Source: Dehalococcoidia bacterium
GTDB taxonomy: Bacteria > Chloroflexota > Dehalococcoidia > Lucifugimonadales > UBA3495
DNA length: 64,000 nt
Direction of reading: 5' to 3'
Assembly (NCBI GenBank): GCA_022827095.1
Contig: JAJDTP010000006.1
Location: forward strand, 19,514 to 83,513
Under the pieces are notes generated by a model, which made no database searches, was not told the origin of the DNA, and saw only the letters and a list, made by a program, of their open reading frames with translations. Positions 40,329-50,272 of the stretch are shown piece by piece; the first letter of the stretch is position 1, and each line of letters starts with the position of its first letter. Both the position numbers and the translations under genes were made by a program.

Positions 40329-41246
40329 ATGCCCGAATATCTGCCCGGAATCGTAGAACCCGACCAGGAAGCACAGCAACTCGCCACCGACTTCGTGTTC
40401 ACCGAGGGGCCGCTGTGGCACCCAGACGGCTACTGGCTGTTTGTGGACCTGAGGCGCGAGCCGCCCGTCATCCACCGTATGTCGCCTGCCGGCGGAGCGC
40501 CCGAAATCATCCGCGAGCCCAGCGGCGGCACCAACGGCATGACCCTGGACTTGCAAGGCCGCCTGCTCATGTGCGAGGGCGACAACCGCCGCATCACGCG
40601 CATGGAATCGGACGGCACCATCAACGTGGTGGCCGACCGGTGGGATGGCAAGCGGTTCCACCGGCCCAATGACATCGTGTGTCGCAGCGACGGCAGCATC
40701 TACTTCACCAACCCCAGCGGGCGCGTTCCGGAAGCCGAGCAGGAGATTGAGTGGCCCGGCACCATCCACCGCATTGCTCCGGACGGAACCGTGGACATGT
40801 CCGCCCACGACATCGACTTCCCCAACGGCATCGCTTTCTCCCCCGACGAGTCGGTTCTTTACGTGTCCAACACCCGCAAGCTTGGCGAACGACCCGACCA
40901 GTATTGGGACGGCGAGGTCAAGCAGAACCAGTTCATCCAGGCCTATGACGTGGCGGCCGATGGCTCACTGAGCAACAGTCGCATGTTCGGTAGCATGGCC
41001 TCCGCCGAGGACGGGGTGCCGGACGGCATGAAAGTGGATGCGGAAGGCCGGGTGTACTGCACCGGTTCCGGCGGCGTGTGGGTCTTCTCACCGGCCGGCG
41101 AGCATCTGGGCATCATCAGGGTACCGGAGATACCGGCCAACTGCTCCTTCGGCGGCCCTGACTTCAGAACCATGCTATTCACGGCACGCACCTCGGTGTA
41201 CAGCCTGCGCATGACCACGCCGGGCAATCCGTTGCCCCGAGCGTAG
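40329..41246 (+). CDS. SMP-30/gluconolactonase family protein
   Basis: FTEGPLW, NGM, RPND, PNGIAFSPDE, PDGMKVD and PANCSFGG. Confidence 0.9.
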   Translation: MPEYLPGIVEPDQEAQQLATDFVFTEGPLWHPDGYWLFVDLRREPPVIHRMSPAGGAPEIIREPSGGTNGMTLDLQGRLLMCEGDNRRITRMESDGTINVVADRWDGKRFHRPNDIVCRSDGSIYFTNPSGRVPEAEQEIEWPGTIHRIAPDGTVDMSAHDIDFPNGIAFSPDESVLYVSNTRKLGERPDQYWDGEVKQNQFIQAYDVAADGSLSNSRMFGSMASAEDGVPDGMKVDAEGRVYCTGSGGVWVFSPAGEHLGIIRVPEIPANCSFGGPDFRTMLFTARTSVYSLRMTTPGNPLPRA

Positions 41247-41263
41247 GTTCCGCAACCCACCGC

Positions 41264-41290
41264 GTCATTCCCACGAGAGCGGGAATCCAG
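41264..41290. repeat. GTCATTCCC-N8-GGGAATCCA palindrome (REP/dRS3-like)
   Basis: ATTCCC ACGAGAGC GGGAAT at 41267-41286. Confidence 0.75.
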
Positions 41291-41309
41291 GAACCAGGCA
41301 GGGAAACCA

Positions 41310-42461
41310 ATGCGCGAGTTTGACGCAATAGTGATCGGTGTCGGCGGCATGGGGAGTGCCGCCGTCTATCACCTGGCCCGTCGCGGCTGGAAGGTGCTGG
41401 GGCTGGAGCAGTACGACATCCCCAACGAGATGGGCTCCTCCCACGGCGTCAGCCGGATGATCCGCCTGGCCTACCACGAGGACCCATCCTATGTGCCGTT
41501 GCTCTACCGGGCCTACGAACTCTGGCATCAACTGGAGAACGTGGCCGGGGAAAAACTGCTGGTTACCACCGGCTGCGTGCGGGGAGGCGTCGGGGCCAGC
41601 CAACTGCTTGAGGGATCTCTGGAAACGGTGACGCAGCATCACCTGCCGTACCGGATGCTCAGCGGCCCGGAGGTGAACCGGGAGTGGCCGGGTTATCAAC
41701 TGCCCGAAGAAGCCGAAATGCTCTACGAGCAGCAGGGCGGTTTCGTGCTTTCCGAGCGGTGCATCGTGGGGCACGTTTCGGCGGCCCTGGAAATCGGCGC
41801 CGAGGTACACGGCCGCGAGGCCGCGCTCAGCTGGGAACCCACCGCCGGCGGGGGCGTGGTCGTGACAACCGACAAAGATACCTACTCGGCGCGGCGCCTG
41901 GTGGTCACCGCCGGAGCCTGGGCCGGCAAGGTGGCGCCCGAAGTCGCCGCCCACGCCGTTCCGGAGCGGCAGGTGCTGGGATGGTTTGCACCCTATCGCC
42001 CGGAGCTTTTCCGCCCAGAGAATTTCCCATGCTTCGGCATGGAGGTTGAGGAAGGTCGTTTCTACGGCTTCCCGTCCTACGGGATACCCGGCTTCAAGCT
42101 GGGCATGTTCAACCACTTCCGCGAGCAGGTGGACCCCGACACCATGGACCGGGAACCCAACGCCCGGGACGAGGCCGCACTCCGGCAGTTCACCGAGCGT
42201 TACTTCCCGGAAGCAGCCGGCCCGACCCTCGCGCTGAAGACCTGCATGTTCACCAACACCCCTGACGAGCACTTCATCATCGACACGCTACCCGATCATC
42301 CTCAGGTCTCCGTGGCCGCCGGGTTCTCCGGGCACGGGTTCAAATTCACCAGCGTGATAGGCGAAATTATGGCCGACCTGGCGGAGCATGGCCAGACTGA
42401 CCACGACATCGGGCTTTTCCGGCTGGGCCGGTTTTCCCAACTCGTCTCTGACGGCGCATAG
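41310..42461 (+). CDS. solA: Monomeric sarcosine oxidase / N-methyltryptophan oxidase family flavoenzyme
   Basis: VIGVGGMGS, GSSHGVSRMIR, TAGAW, CMFTNTPDEHFIID (Cys for covalent flavin) and GFSGHGFKF. Confidence 0.85.
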   Translation: MREFDAIVIGVGGMGSAAVYHLARRGWKVLGLEQYDIPNEMGSSHGVSRMIRLAYHEDPSYVPLLYRAYELWHQLENVAGEKLLVTTGCVRGGVGASQLLEGSLETVTQHHLPYRMLSGPEVNREWPGYQLPEEAEMLYEQQGGFVLSERCIVGHVSAALEIGAEVHGREAALSWEPTAGGGVVVTTDKDTYSARRLVVTAGAWAGKVAPEVAAHAVPERQVLGWFAPYRPELFRPENFPCFGMEVEEGRFYGFPSYGIPGFKLGMFNHFREQVDPDTMDREPNARDEAALRQFTERYFPEAAGPTLALKTCMFTNTPDEHFIIDTLPDHPQVSVAAGFSGHGFKFTSVIGEIMADLAEHGQTDHDIGLFRLGRFSQLVSDGA

Positions 42462-42474
42462 CCAGGACGGCGAG

Positions 42475-43275
42475 ATGGAAAACCCCTTTGCCAACCCGTT
42501 TCCGGGCATGAACCCCTATCTGGAATCCAGGCGGATCTGGCCGGAGGTCCACAACAATATCATCCACGAGATGTTCCGTTTTCTGCGCCGCACTTTGCCG
42601 TTCCGGTACACGGTCATCATGGACGAGCGTGTCGGCATCGGCAACGACCCCTCTCGCGACGCTCCGGCGCGGTACGCCGAACCTGACCTTTCGATCAGAG
42701 GCGGCGGTGTGCATGAGCGTGGCGCCGCTACCTACCTGGCGGAAGGCCGAGTAACCGCCAGGCTCCCCCTGGATGACGAAACAACTCGGGAGATGTTCAT
42801 CACCATTGGCGAACGGGACCACGAAGACCCGGTAACCATTGTGGAGTTGCTGTCGCCCAGCAACAAGATCTTAAGTGGACACGGGCGCAGCCAGTATCTG
42901 GACAAGCGCGAGCGAGTGATTTTCAGCCCCACACACCTGGTGGAGATTGACCTCATTCGCCGCGGCCGGCCCATGCCGGTGGAAGGTTACGATGGCAACG
43001 CGCCTTACCGGCATCTGATCAGCCGATCGCAGACGCGCCCGGAAGTGGACTTGTATCCGTTCCGCCTGCAAACTCCCATCCCTGACGTTCCGGTACCGTT
43101 GCTGGAGGGCGACGAAGATGCGGTGGTTCCGCTGGGCGTATTGGTGGATGACATGTACGAGCAGGATTACTACTCCAACTACGTCGACTACAACAGCGAC
43201 CCGGAAGGAATCTTGTCCGAAGAAGACCGACAATGGATCGACCAACTGTTGCGGGAGAAAGGGTTCCGCCGCTGA
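42475..43275 (+). CDS. DUF4058-family protein (PD-(D/E)xK-like)
   Basis: NPFPGMNPYLE..WPEVH, EPD, IVELLSPSNK, YLDKR, HLVEIDLIR.G and PVPL. Confidence 0.85.
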   Translation: MENPFANPFPGMNPYLESRRIWPEVHNNIIHEMFRFLRRTLPFRYTVIMDERVGIGNDPSRDAPARYAEPDLSIRGGGVHERGAATYLAEGRVTARLPLDDETTREMFITIGERDHEDPVTIVELLSPSNKILSGHGRSQYLDKRERVIFSPTHLVEIDLIRRGRPMPVEGYDGNAPYRHLISRSQTRPEVDLYPFRLQTPIPDVPVPLLEGDEDAVVPLGVLVDDMYEQDYYSNYVDYNSDPEGILSEEDRQWIDQLLREKGFRR

Positions 43276-43308
43276 ACCACGTTCACCCCTTGGCCAAGGA
43301 ACACCATT

Positions 43309-44484
43309 ATGAAAATCACCGATGTTGAGGCCATCGCGCTGGTCTGGCCCGCACCCGACCGCGAATACTGGACGGCCCTCCGACCCATCGGACGCGTGAG
43401 CGAACTGCTGGTTCGCGTCCATACTGATGCTGGCTACTACGGCATTGGCGAGGCTCATGGCGCCGGACAGGGGTTCGCTGGCATCTACCGCCAGGACAGC
43501 GACGGAGCCATACACGCCGATGGCGCCTCCCGGGCCGTGGTCGATCTGCTCAAGCCGATGCTCCTAGGCCGGGATCCTGTTGACCACGAACAGCTTTGGG
43601 ACGAGATGTTCGGGTTGTGCCATCAAATCGGCTGGGCCGCGTCCGGGTTCGGCCGCCCGCAGATACTCACTGCCTTGGCGGCGGTGGATATCGCCCTTTG
43701 GGACATCAAGGGCAAAGCCGCCGACCTGCCGGTGTACAAATTGCTCGGTGGCCACTCGAACACCGCACCGTGCTACGTCACCGGCGGGTACTACCAGGAG
43801 GGAAAAACGGTTCACGATCTGGTACGGGAGTGTGAGTCGTACATCGAAATGGGTTACGAGGCCATCAAGCTGAAGATCGGCCACGTCAGCCTCGCCGAGG
43901 ACTACGAGCGGGTCAGCGCCGTTCGCAACTCAGTGGGCGAGGATATTGACATAATGGTCGACGTCAACGAAGGATGGGACGTCGACACCGCCATTCGAGG
44001 CGCGAGTATGCTGGAGCCGCTCAACATCCGCTGGCTGGAGGAGCCGGTTCACTGGTACGACCGGGTCGAGGGCTTGGGCAAGGTGGCCGCCTCGACCGCC
44101 ATCCCCATCGCGTCGGGCGAAAACGCGGTGACGCGCTGGGACGCCCGGGATCTCATCCGGCGGGGCGGGGTGCGCGTCATGCAGTACGACAGCACTCGCA
44201 ACGGCGGCGTGACCGAGTGTTTGCGCATCGCCGGCTTGTGCGCAGCCGAGAACGTGCGGCTGGCTCCCCATCATGATCCCCAGGTGCACGGTCACCTGGT
44301 GGCTGGCCTGTCGGTCGGCGAAATCTGCGAGACCTTCCCCTCGGCGGATCGCGACCCGATTTGGGACGAGCTCTTCACCGTACGGCCTGAGATCGTCGCC
44401 GGCAAGATAACGTTGTCGGATCGCCCGGGCTGGGGGATTGAGCTGGACGAGCGGACCCTGGAACGGCGGGGCGCCTGGGCGTAA
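43309..44484 (+). CDS. Mandelate racemase/muconate lactonizing enzyme (enolase superfamily)
   Basis: VDIALWDIKGK, KLKIG, MVDVNE, WLEEP, ASGE and APH. Confidence 0.9.
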   Translation: MKITDVEAIALVWPAPDREYWTALRPIGRVSELLVRVHTDAGYYGIGEAHGAGQGFAGIYRQDSDGAIHADGASRAVVDLLKPMLLGRDPVDHEQLWDEMFGLCHQIGWAASGFGRPQILTALAAVDIALWDIKGKAADLPVYKLLGGHSNTAPCYVTGGYYQEGKTVHDLVRECESYIEMGYEAIKLKIGHVSLAEDYERVSAVRNSVGEDIDIMVDVNEGWDVDTAIRGASMLEPLNIRWLEEPVHWYDRVEGLGKVAASTAIPIASGENAVTRWDARDLIRRGGVRVMQYDSTRNGGVTECLRIAGLCAAENVRLAPHHDPQVHGHLVAGLSVGEICETFPSADRDPIWDELFTVRPEIVAGKITLSDRPGWGIELDERTLERRGAWA

Positions 44485-44485
44485 C

Positions 44486-44860
44486 GTGATCTGGTTGTTG
44501 GTGGCGGTCGGTGGCGCCGCGGGTTCGGTGCTGCGCTTTGGCGCAGGTCGGCTGGCAGCCCAATATTTCGGGGCGGACACGGTAGTGGGGACATTTGCGG
44601 TCAATGTTATCGGGTCATTCGCCCTGGGCGTGCTGGCTACAATTTTCATCGCGCGAGCAGATTGGCCGCTGGAACTGCGCGCCATGCTTGCTGTGGGTTT
44701 GCTTGGCGGTTTCACTACCTTTTCCACCCTGGCCTACGACGGGGTCAGGCTCATGTCCGGAGGCGAGCTTGGTCGCGCCGGCATTTCCATTGCGGCCAAC
44801 CTGGCAGTCGGCCTGGCGGCCGCCTACGCCGGCGTATTGGTAGGCCGCAGCGTATCTTGA
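44486..44860 (+). CDS. crcB: Fluoride channel Fluc/CrcB
   Basis: GGAAGSVLR, GTFAVNVIGS and GLLGGFTTFSTL. Four TM segments. Confidence 0.92.
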   Translation: MIWLLVAVGGAAGSVLRFGAGRLAAQYFGADTVVGTFAVNVIGSFALGVLATIFIARADWPLELRAMLAVGLLGGFTTFSTLAYDGVRLMSGGELGRAGISIAANLAVGLAAAYAGVLVGRSVS

Positions 44861-44933
44861 AATCGTTGCGCAACTTAGTGAGCCTTGGAACCCCATGCAA
44901 AGCGGTTGGGCCATCCGTCGCGGCAGCTCTATG

Positions 44934-44963
44934 TTGAGTATTGTGCGGAGTGTCCGCTATAAT
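44934..44963 (+). promoter_or_regulatory. Putative sigma70 promoter of dnaJ
   Basis: TTGAGT (44934), 18-nt spacer, TATAAT (44958), about 30 nt upstream of the dnaJ ATG. Confidence 0.5.
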
Positions 44964-44992
44964 CTATTCAAACCGTGAATTGTTAGAAAGCT

Positions 44993-46252
44993 ATGCCCGT
45001 AGACTATTACGAGACCCTCGGCGTTGACCGGGGTGCCAACGAAGAGGATATCCGTCGCGCTTTCCGAAGGAAGGCGATGGAATTCCACCCCGACCGGAAT
45101 AAAACCCCCGGCGCTGAGGATAAGTTCAAGGAGATCAATGAGGCGTATCAGGTCCTCAGCGACCAGGAGAAGCGCACCCGCTATGACCGTTTCGGGCACG
45201 CTGGCGTAAACGGCGGCAGCGAACGTGGATTTGACGGTTTCGATCCCTTCGGCGGCTTCGGCGACATTTTCGATACCTTTTTCGGGGGTGGTGGGCGCGC
45301 CGCCAACCAAGCGCGCAGCGGGGAGGACATCAGCCAACGGGTCAACCTGACTTTCGAAGAGGCCGTATTCGGTTGCGACAAGGACATCGAGATCAATCGA
45401 GTAGAGCCTTGCCACCACTGTTCCGGAGCGGGAAATGAGCCTGGCACCGCGATAAATACGTGCCGGACGTGCAATGGCAGCGGCCAGGTGCGTCGCGCTC
45501 AACGCAGCGTATTCGGCCAGTTTGCCGTTACCACTCCTTGTTCCAGTTGCAATGGCAATGGCCGGTCCATAGAAACTCCCTGCTCCAATTGCCGCGCCCG
45601 CGGGTTCGAACGGCGTCGCCGGACCCGCACGGTTACCATCCCCGCCGGCGTCGACAACGGCATGCAGGTCCGCATTACCGGGGAGGGTGACGCTGGTTCC
45701 AACGGCGGCCCGCCCGGGAACCTTTACGTCCAGGTGCGTGTCCGAGAGCACCCGTTGTTCGTGCGCGATGATTCCGACCTCGTGTACCAAACATCGCTCA
45801 ATATGGCTGAAGCGGCCCTGGGAACAACCATGCCGATCCCCACGCTGGAAGGCGACGACGTCGACCTTGAGATTCCGGCCGGGACCCAGGCCGGCAGCGA
45901 GTTCCGGGTTCGCGCGCGAGGCGTCCCCCGGATCCGGCGCGATGGCAGGCCCACTGACCGCCGCGGAGACATCAGAGTCCTGGTGGGTGTGGACATTCCC
46001 TCCAAGTTGAACAAGTACCAGCGCAAACTGGTGGAGGACCTGGCCTATTCGCTGGCCAACAACGGCAAAAGGCCGCCCGCGCCTCCACGGAAGAAACGCG
46101 CCAGCAGCCGGGAAACGGCTGAGCAGGCGGCCGAACAGCCGGAAGAAGCGGCCGTTGACCCCAGCGCCGAGATCCAAGAGCCACAACAGGACGACAAGCA
46201 GCGGGGTCTTTTTGACCGTATCAAGGACACTCTGACCCCGGGCGGCGAATAG
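44993..46252 (+). CDS. dnaJ: Chaperone DnaJ
   Basis: J domain with HPD, G/F region, four CxxCxGxG-type zinc repeats and IPAGVD. Extended acidic C-terminus. Confidence 0.96.
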   Translation: MPVDYYETLGVDRGANEEDIRRAFRRKAMEFHPDRNKTPGAEDKFKEINEAYQVLSDQEKRTRYDRFGHAGVNGGSERGFDGFDPFGGFGDIFDTFFGGGGRAANQARSGEDISQRVNLTFEEAVFGCDKDIEINRVEPCHHCSGAGNEPGTAINTCRTCNGSGQVRRAQRSVFGQFAVTTPCSSCNGNGRSIETPCSNCRARGFERRRRTRTVTIPAGVDNGMQVRITGEGDAGSNGGPPGNLYVQVRVREHPLFVRDDSDLVYQTSLNMAEAALGTTMPIPTLEGDDVDLEIPAGTQAGSEFRVRARGVPRIRRDGRPTDRRGDIRVLVGVDIPSKLNKYQRKLVEDLAYSLANNGKRPPAPPRKKRASSRETAEQAAEQPEEAAVDPSAEIQEPQQDDKQRGLFDRIKDTLTPGGE

Positions 46253-46308
46253 TCGGGCCCGCTCGGCGGCCCGATGTCGCGCTCCCTCCACTTTACGCTG
46301 ACGCTGCG

Positions 46309-47169
46309 ATGTCCTGGCACGAACTGAGCATCAACGTTCCCTTCGAATACGTGGAGCCCGTGTCTTACCTCTTTGAGCGGTATGGATACGGGTTGAGCGT
46401 TGAGACCAAGCCCGGCGAGCATGCGGTGCTGCGGTCGTATCTCCCCAGTCTTTCCCGGCAGCGGCTGGCCCACATCGAGGTGGGTATCAAGTTGGCGTCC
46501 AGCGTTGCGGACCTGGGCGAGTTGCAGATCCGACCCCTGGATGATAACGAGGACTGGCGCGACAACTGGAAGCAGCACTTTACGCTGCTGCGTGTCGGTC
46601 AGAATTTGGTGATCAAGCCTTCCTGGATCGACTACGAAGCCCAGCCCGACGATGTCCTAGTGGAGCTGGACCCGGGATTGGCTTTCGGTACGGGATATCA
46701 TCCGACAACTTATTCCTGCCTGGAGGCCCTGGAAGAGATGATTCGTCCCGGCAGCACGGTTCTTGACGTGGGAACCGGCTCGGGAATACTCACCATCGCC
46801 GCGGCCAAGCTGGGCGCAACACGGATCACCGCGGTGGACATCGACGGACACGCGGTACGCGCCGCCCAGCGCAATTTCCGTCGCACCGGCATCGCGGAGC
46901 GAGTCAACGCTCAGTCGGGCAGCATCCCCAGCGCCGCGACCCGAGGCGAGAAATACGACATCGCCGTGGCCAACATCAGCGCCCGGGGCATCCGACTGGT
47001 CTCGCCGGCGATCCCCGAGCTTCTCGCCGATGACGGCGTGTTCATCGCATCCGGGATTATTGTGGATCAGCACGACGAAGCGGCTTCGGCGATCAACGAG
47101 GCCGGGTTGGTCATCGGCGAAATTCGACAAAAGGAAGACTGGATCACCATCCTGAGTGGACATCACTAG
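46309..47169 (+). CDS. prmA: Ribosomal protein L11 methyltransferase
   Basis: EDW...WK, LDPGLAFGTGYHPTT, VLDVGTGSGIL, VANI and SGII. Follows dnaJ. Confidence 0.94.
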   Translation: MSWHELSINVPFEYVEPVSYLFERYGYGLSVETKPGEHAVLRSYLPSLSRQRLAHIEVGIKLASSVADLGELQIRPLDDNEDWRDNWKQHFTLLRVGQNLVIKPSWIDYEAQPDDVLVELDPGLAFGTGYHPTTYSCLEALEEMIRPGSTVLDVGTGSGILTIAAAKLGATRITAVDIDGHAVRAAQRNFRRTGIAERVNAQSGSIPSAATRGEKYDIAVANISARGIRLVSPAIPELLADDGVFIASGIIVDQHDEAASAINEAGLVIGEIRQKEDWITILSGHH

Positions 47170-47185
47170 TCCGCGGACTTCGGTA

Positions 47186-48205
47186 ATGGAAACTGTCACG
47201 CTGGATCGCTTTGAACTCGTCGGCCCGCTGGGCAGCGGCGCCGACTACGATGTGCGCGCCGCGGTGGATCGGGAGACTGGTGAACCCGTGGTGCTGAAGC
47301 GGCCGTCTCCTCAGACGGTTAGTCGTCAAATGCACGGACCCGTCGAAGAGCGGACGGCTAGAGCCCTTGAGGCTTACGAGCGGGCAGGCCAATATTCCTC
47401 GGTTGTGCCTCGCGTGATCGGCGTTACCGAAGTGACCCTTCACGACGCGTATTTTGGCGAAGACCTGGGTCAACCCTACTTGGTGAGAGTAGAGGAACGC
47501 GCAGCGGGCATTCCCCTGGTGGGAGACCCCAGGAGCCGTATCCTGCGGGTACCCATCGGTTTGGGCCAAAACCTCTTCGCCCTGCACCCGCTTGCGCTGC
47601 CCGACGGGGTCGCTGATTGGCCCGTCCAGTCGCAACTGCTGGAGGCCCAGGAAATTTACGCCGATGCCGGGTACGCGCTGCTGGATCTCGGTCCGCACAA
47701 CGTGTTCTATTCCCCGGGCACCGGCCGGATCTCGCTGGTGGACGCAACCGCACTGGTCGGACACGGCGTAGAACGAGCCCAAGGCAACCGCGGCCCCCAG
47801 GACGTCCACGATTTCTACATCGAAATGGCGAAGTTCTACTTGGCTCCGCACCTGCCGCCCACCGATGCGGCGGGCTACTTCGACCCTTACAACCAGCGCC
47901 CGGTCATATCGATCGAGGACGAGTGCGACAGCTTGATAGGCGCGTTCAGGTCCGCGGACGATGCGTTGCGCGACGCCACGACAGCGTGCGTGGGCAAGGT
48001 GCGACAACGCGGGTATGCATCCGTAGCCGATTTTGCATCGGACTTGCGCGAATGCCTGCGGCTGATTACCATCCGAAACGAGCAGATGCCGGAGCCGCAG
48101 ACCGCTTTGGAAGCATGGCGCACCGCGTTGCACCGGCTCTCCGAGGACCACTGGACCCGTTACCAATTCGATGCGAATACCGAGCTGGCCGCGATGGCCG
48201 GCTGA
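47186..48205 (+). CDS. Atypical Hanks-type Ser/Thr kinase-like protein (no TM)
   Basis: LGSGADYDV (Gly loop), VVLKR (beta3 Lys), LLDLGPHNV (catalytic loop), LVDAT (DFG position) and PQDV (alphaF Asp). Confidence 0.7.
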   Translation: METVTLDRFELVGPLGSGADYDVRAAVDRETGEPVVLKRPSPQTVSRQMHGPVEERTARALEAYERAGQYSSVVPRVIGVTEVTLHDAYFGEDLGQPYLVRVEERAAGIPLVGDPRSRILRVPIGLGQNLFALHPLALPDGVADWPVQSQLLEAQEIYADAGYALLDLGPHNVFYSPGTGRISLVDATALVGHGVERAQGNRGPQDVHDFYIEMAKFYLAPHLPPTDAAGYFDPYNQRPVISIEDECDSLIGAFRSADDALRDATTACVGKVRQRGYASVADFASDLRECLRLITIRNEQMPEPQTALEAWRTALHRLSEDHWTRYQFDANTELAAMAG

Positions 48206-48242
48206 TTGCCCCTAACCGACCTCTTGCGAGGATGCAGGAACT

Positions 48243-48923
48243 ATGCTCACCAGTTCGTTGGCTATTCTTCACGATAACGCCGCCCACGGAGAGGACAACT
48301 ATCTGACCCGCGATTTGGGCGACGGCAACTTCCTGGACGTGGTCCTGGACGGTGTCACCGGTCACGGTGGCGACGAGGCCAGCGGTTCCGTTGCCGATGC
48401 CCTGAACGCGATCGACATCGCCGGCCCAGAGGACATAGTTGCCGTCCTGGACGAGCAGAACTCCGAGTTCCACCAGGTAGGTGGAGGGCGTTTCCTGCTG
48501 ACCACTGCCTCGGCAGCACTGTATCTGGGCGGTCAACTCCACATCATCTCTGCGGGAGACAGCCCCATCTACGTGATCCGCCCGGACGGATACGAACAAT
48601 ACAGCGGCCGTATGGGCGGGTTGATCCGCCTTGGCGTCTCCAAGGCCATAGGCGCGGAAGCGACCCTTTCGGTGTTCCAAACCACTATTGATCTGTCGCC
48701 CGAGGACCGCCTGGTTTGCTGCACTGACGGTGTCAGCGACAACCTGCTTGGCGACGAACTGATGGAAATAGTGCGTGGTTCCGCCAACGCCGAGGATGCT
48801 TCGGGTCGGGTCAAGGAATTGGTCGACCAGCACATCGAGCAGGGGCGGGACATCCGGTTCCGCGGCGGCAGGTTCCGCCACGACGACGAGACGGCGATTT
48901 TCCGATTTTTTGCAGAGAGCTAA
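48243..48923 (+). CDS. PP2C/PPM-family protein phosphatase
   Basis: GEDN, VVLDGVTGHGG, TTAS, AGDS, CTDGVSD and DDET motifs. Confidence 0.85.
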   Translation: MLTSSLAILHDNAAHGEDNYLTRDLGDGNFLDVVLDGVTGHGGDEASGSVADALNAIDIAGPEDIVAVLDEQNSEFHQVGGGRFLLTTASAALYLGGQLHIISAGDSPIYVIRPDGYEQYSGRMGGLIRLGVSKAIGAEATLSVFQTTIDLSPEDRLVCCTDGVSDNLLGDELMEIVRGSANAEDASGRVKELVDQHIEQGRDIRFRGGRFRHDDETAIFRFFAES

Positions 48924-49106
48924 CCGGGACAATTTGGTCGATTCACTTCATCGATTGCCCGCGGCTGGCGATTAGCGACTGCCAAAAGGCACTTGGATTC
49001 CGCGTGTGTTAGACTGTCTGGCAGTTTGACGCAGGTTGGCCTCGTTAATTTCCGGTCCCGGTTTTGAGGGATTTGCGCGCTGGGGCGGGCCTCAAGGAGT
49101 ACACAA

Positions 49107-50219
<1,113 letters not shown>

Positions 50220-50272
50220 CCGCCGCCACGTTCCGGCTTTACTGCTCAGGGGTCGAATGAGGGGAGTCGGCT

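Noticed and set aside
44438-44992. Fluoride riboswitch before crcB and CIRCE operator before dnaJ
   Set aside because: crcB starts 1 bp after the upstream stop, leaving no leader. No TTAGCACTC-N9-GAGTGCTAA is present before dnaJ.
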